Source: Erysipelotrichaceae bacterium (lineage in GTDB: Bacteria > Bacillota_I > Bacilli_A > Erysipelotrichales > Coprobacillaceae). From it: 24,765 bases of DNA. Below the pieces are notes generated by a model. It made no database searches. It was given only the letters and a program-made list of their open reading frames with translations, and was not told the origin of the DNA. The stretch covers positions 1 to 24,765 of the forward strand of contig JAJQDJ010000170.1 of assembly GCA_021202205.1 (NCBI GenBank). Direction: 5' to 3'. Shown here piece after piece: positions 24,174-24,765 of the stretch. Made by a program: the position numbers and the translations under genes. Each line of letters starts with the position of its first letter. The stretch's first letter is position 1.

Positions 24174-24716
24174 ATGAAATTTAAACAAACATTTTTTTCG
24201 TTGCTTGAATTGGTCATCATTGTAGCAATAACGATTTGCGTATTTAAATTTGTGGCTATACCTATTAAAATAGATGGTTCTTCCATGGGAAATACCTTAC
24301 ATGATGGCGATATAGCTCTTATAAATGCTGTTGGTGTGAATGAAAATAATATTGAACGTTTTGATGTTGTTGTAGCTTATAGCGATGAATTGGACGAAAA
24401 GATTATTAAAAGGGTTATAGGTTTACCTGGTGAGACGATTGCTTTTAAAAATGATGTATTATATGTCAATGGTGAAATAGTAGTACAAGATTTTTTAGAC
24501 CAGGATTTTGTGGAAGAGTCAAAGATAACTTATAATGTAGATAATTTTACTGAAGATTTTGAAGTGACATTAGGAGACGATGAATATTTCTTAATGGGGG
24601 ATAATCGTTTACGATCTACTGACTCAAGAGTTTTAGAACCTTTTTTTATAGATGATATTATTGGTTACAAGGGATTGGTTATTTATCCTTTTAATCATAT
24701 TCAATGGTTGGATTAG
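24174..24716 (+). CDS. lepB: Signal peptidase I
   Basis: One N-terminal TM, GSSM (Ser nucleophile), IIKRVIGLPGE (Lys), MGDNRLRSTDSR; AAAGGAGG RBS. Confidence 0.95.
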   Translation: MKFKQTFFSLLELVIIVAITICVFKFVAIPIKIDGSSMGNTLHDGDIALINAVGVNENNIERFDVVVAYSDELDEKIIKRVIGLPGETIAFKNDVLYVNGEIVVQDFLDQDFVEESKITYNVDNFTEDFEVTLGDDEYFLMGDNRLRSTDSRVLEPFFIDDIIGYKGLVIYPFNHIQWLD

Positions 24717-24765
24717 TCGTCTGGTAAAATGTCAAGAAGAAATTTAAAAGATTTTTAAATAAATT

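Noticed and set aside
1-24765. tRNA, rRNA, SRP RNA, tmRNA, T-box, FMN riboswitch, CIRCE or cre sites
   Set aside because: No convincing match seen by eye; a covariance-model scan would be needed to exclude them formally

Overview
AT-rich (roughly 30% GC by eye) chromosomal window from a low-GC Bacillota organism. Gene order and a ~980-aa SMC suggest Erysipelotrichales/Coprobacillaceae (inference); code 11 fits. Left to right: a probable IS4-like element end (1-100) abutting a 5'-truncated FKBP-type PPIase; truB-ribF; an amylomaltase (malQ, GH77) fused to two BspA-type LRR modules; a patatin with an in-frame premature stop; coaBC-coaX on the minus strand; an SRPBCC protein; a coupled nrnA / 3-TM membrane protein / 20-repeat Sel1 operon followed by a decayed copy of the Sel1 5' end; an HssRS-like two-component system directly upstream of smc-ftsY-ylxM-ffh; and rpsP-khpA-rimM-trmD-rplS-lepB with an L19 leader. 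The best find is the ~160-nt coaBC-coaX leader. It holds two hairpins of identical geometry (5-bp helix between two bulged A residues, resembling the pan RNA motif), an antiterminator strand buried in the second hairpin, and an intrinsic terminator just before the RBS. Together these form a candidate CoA/pantothenate-responsive attenuator. Several ORF-track starts are corrected using RBS and promoter evidence. All family assignments come from recognised motifs; no database search was run.
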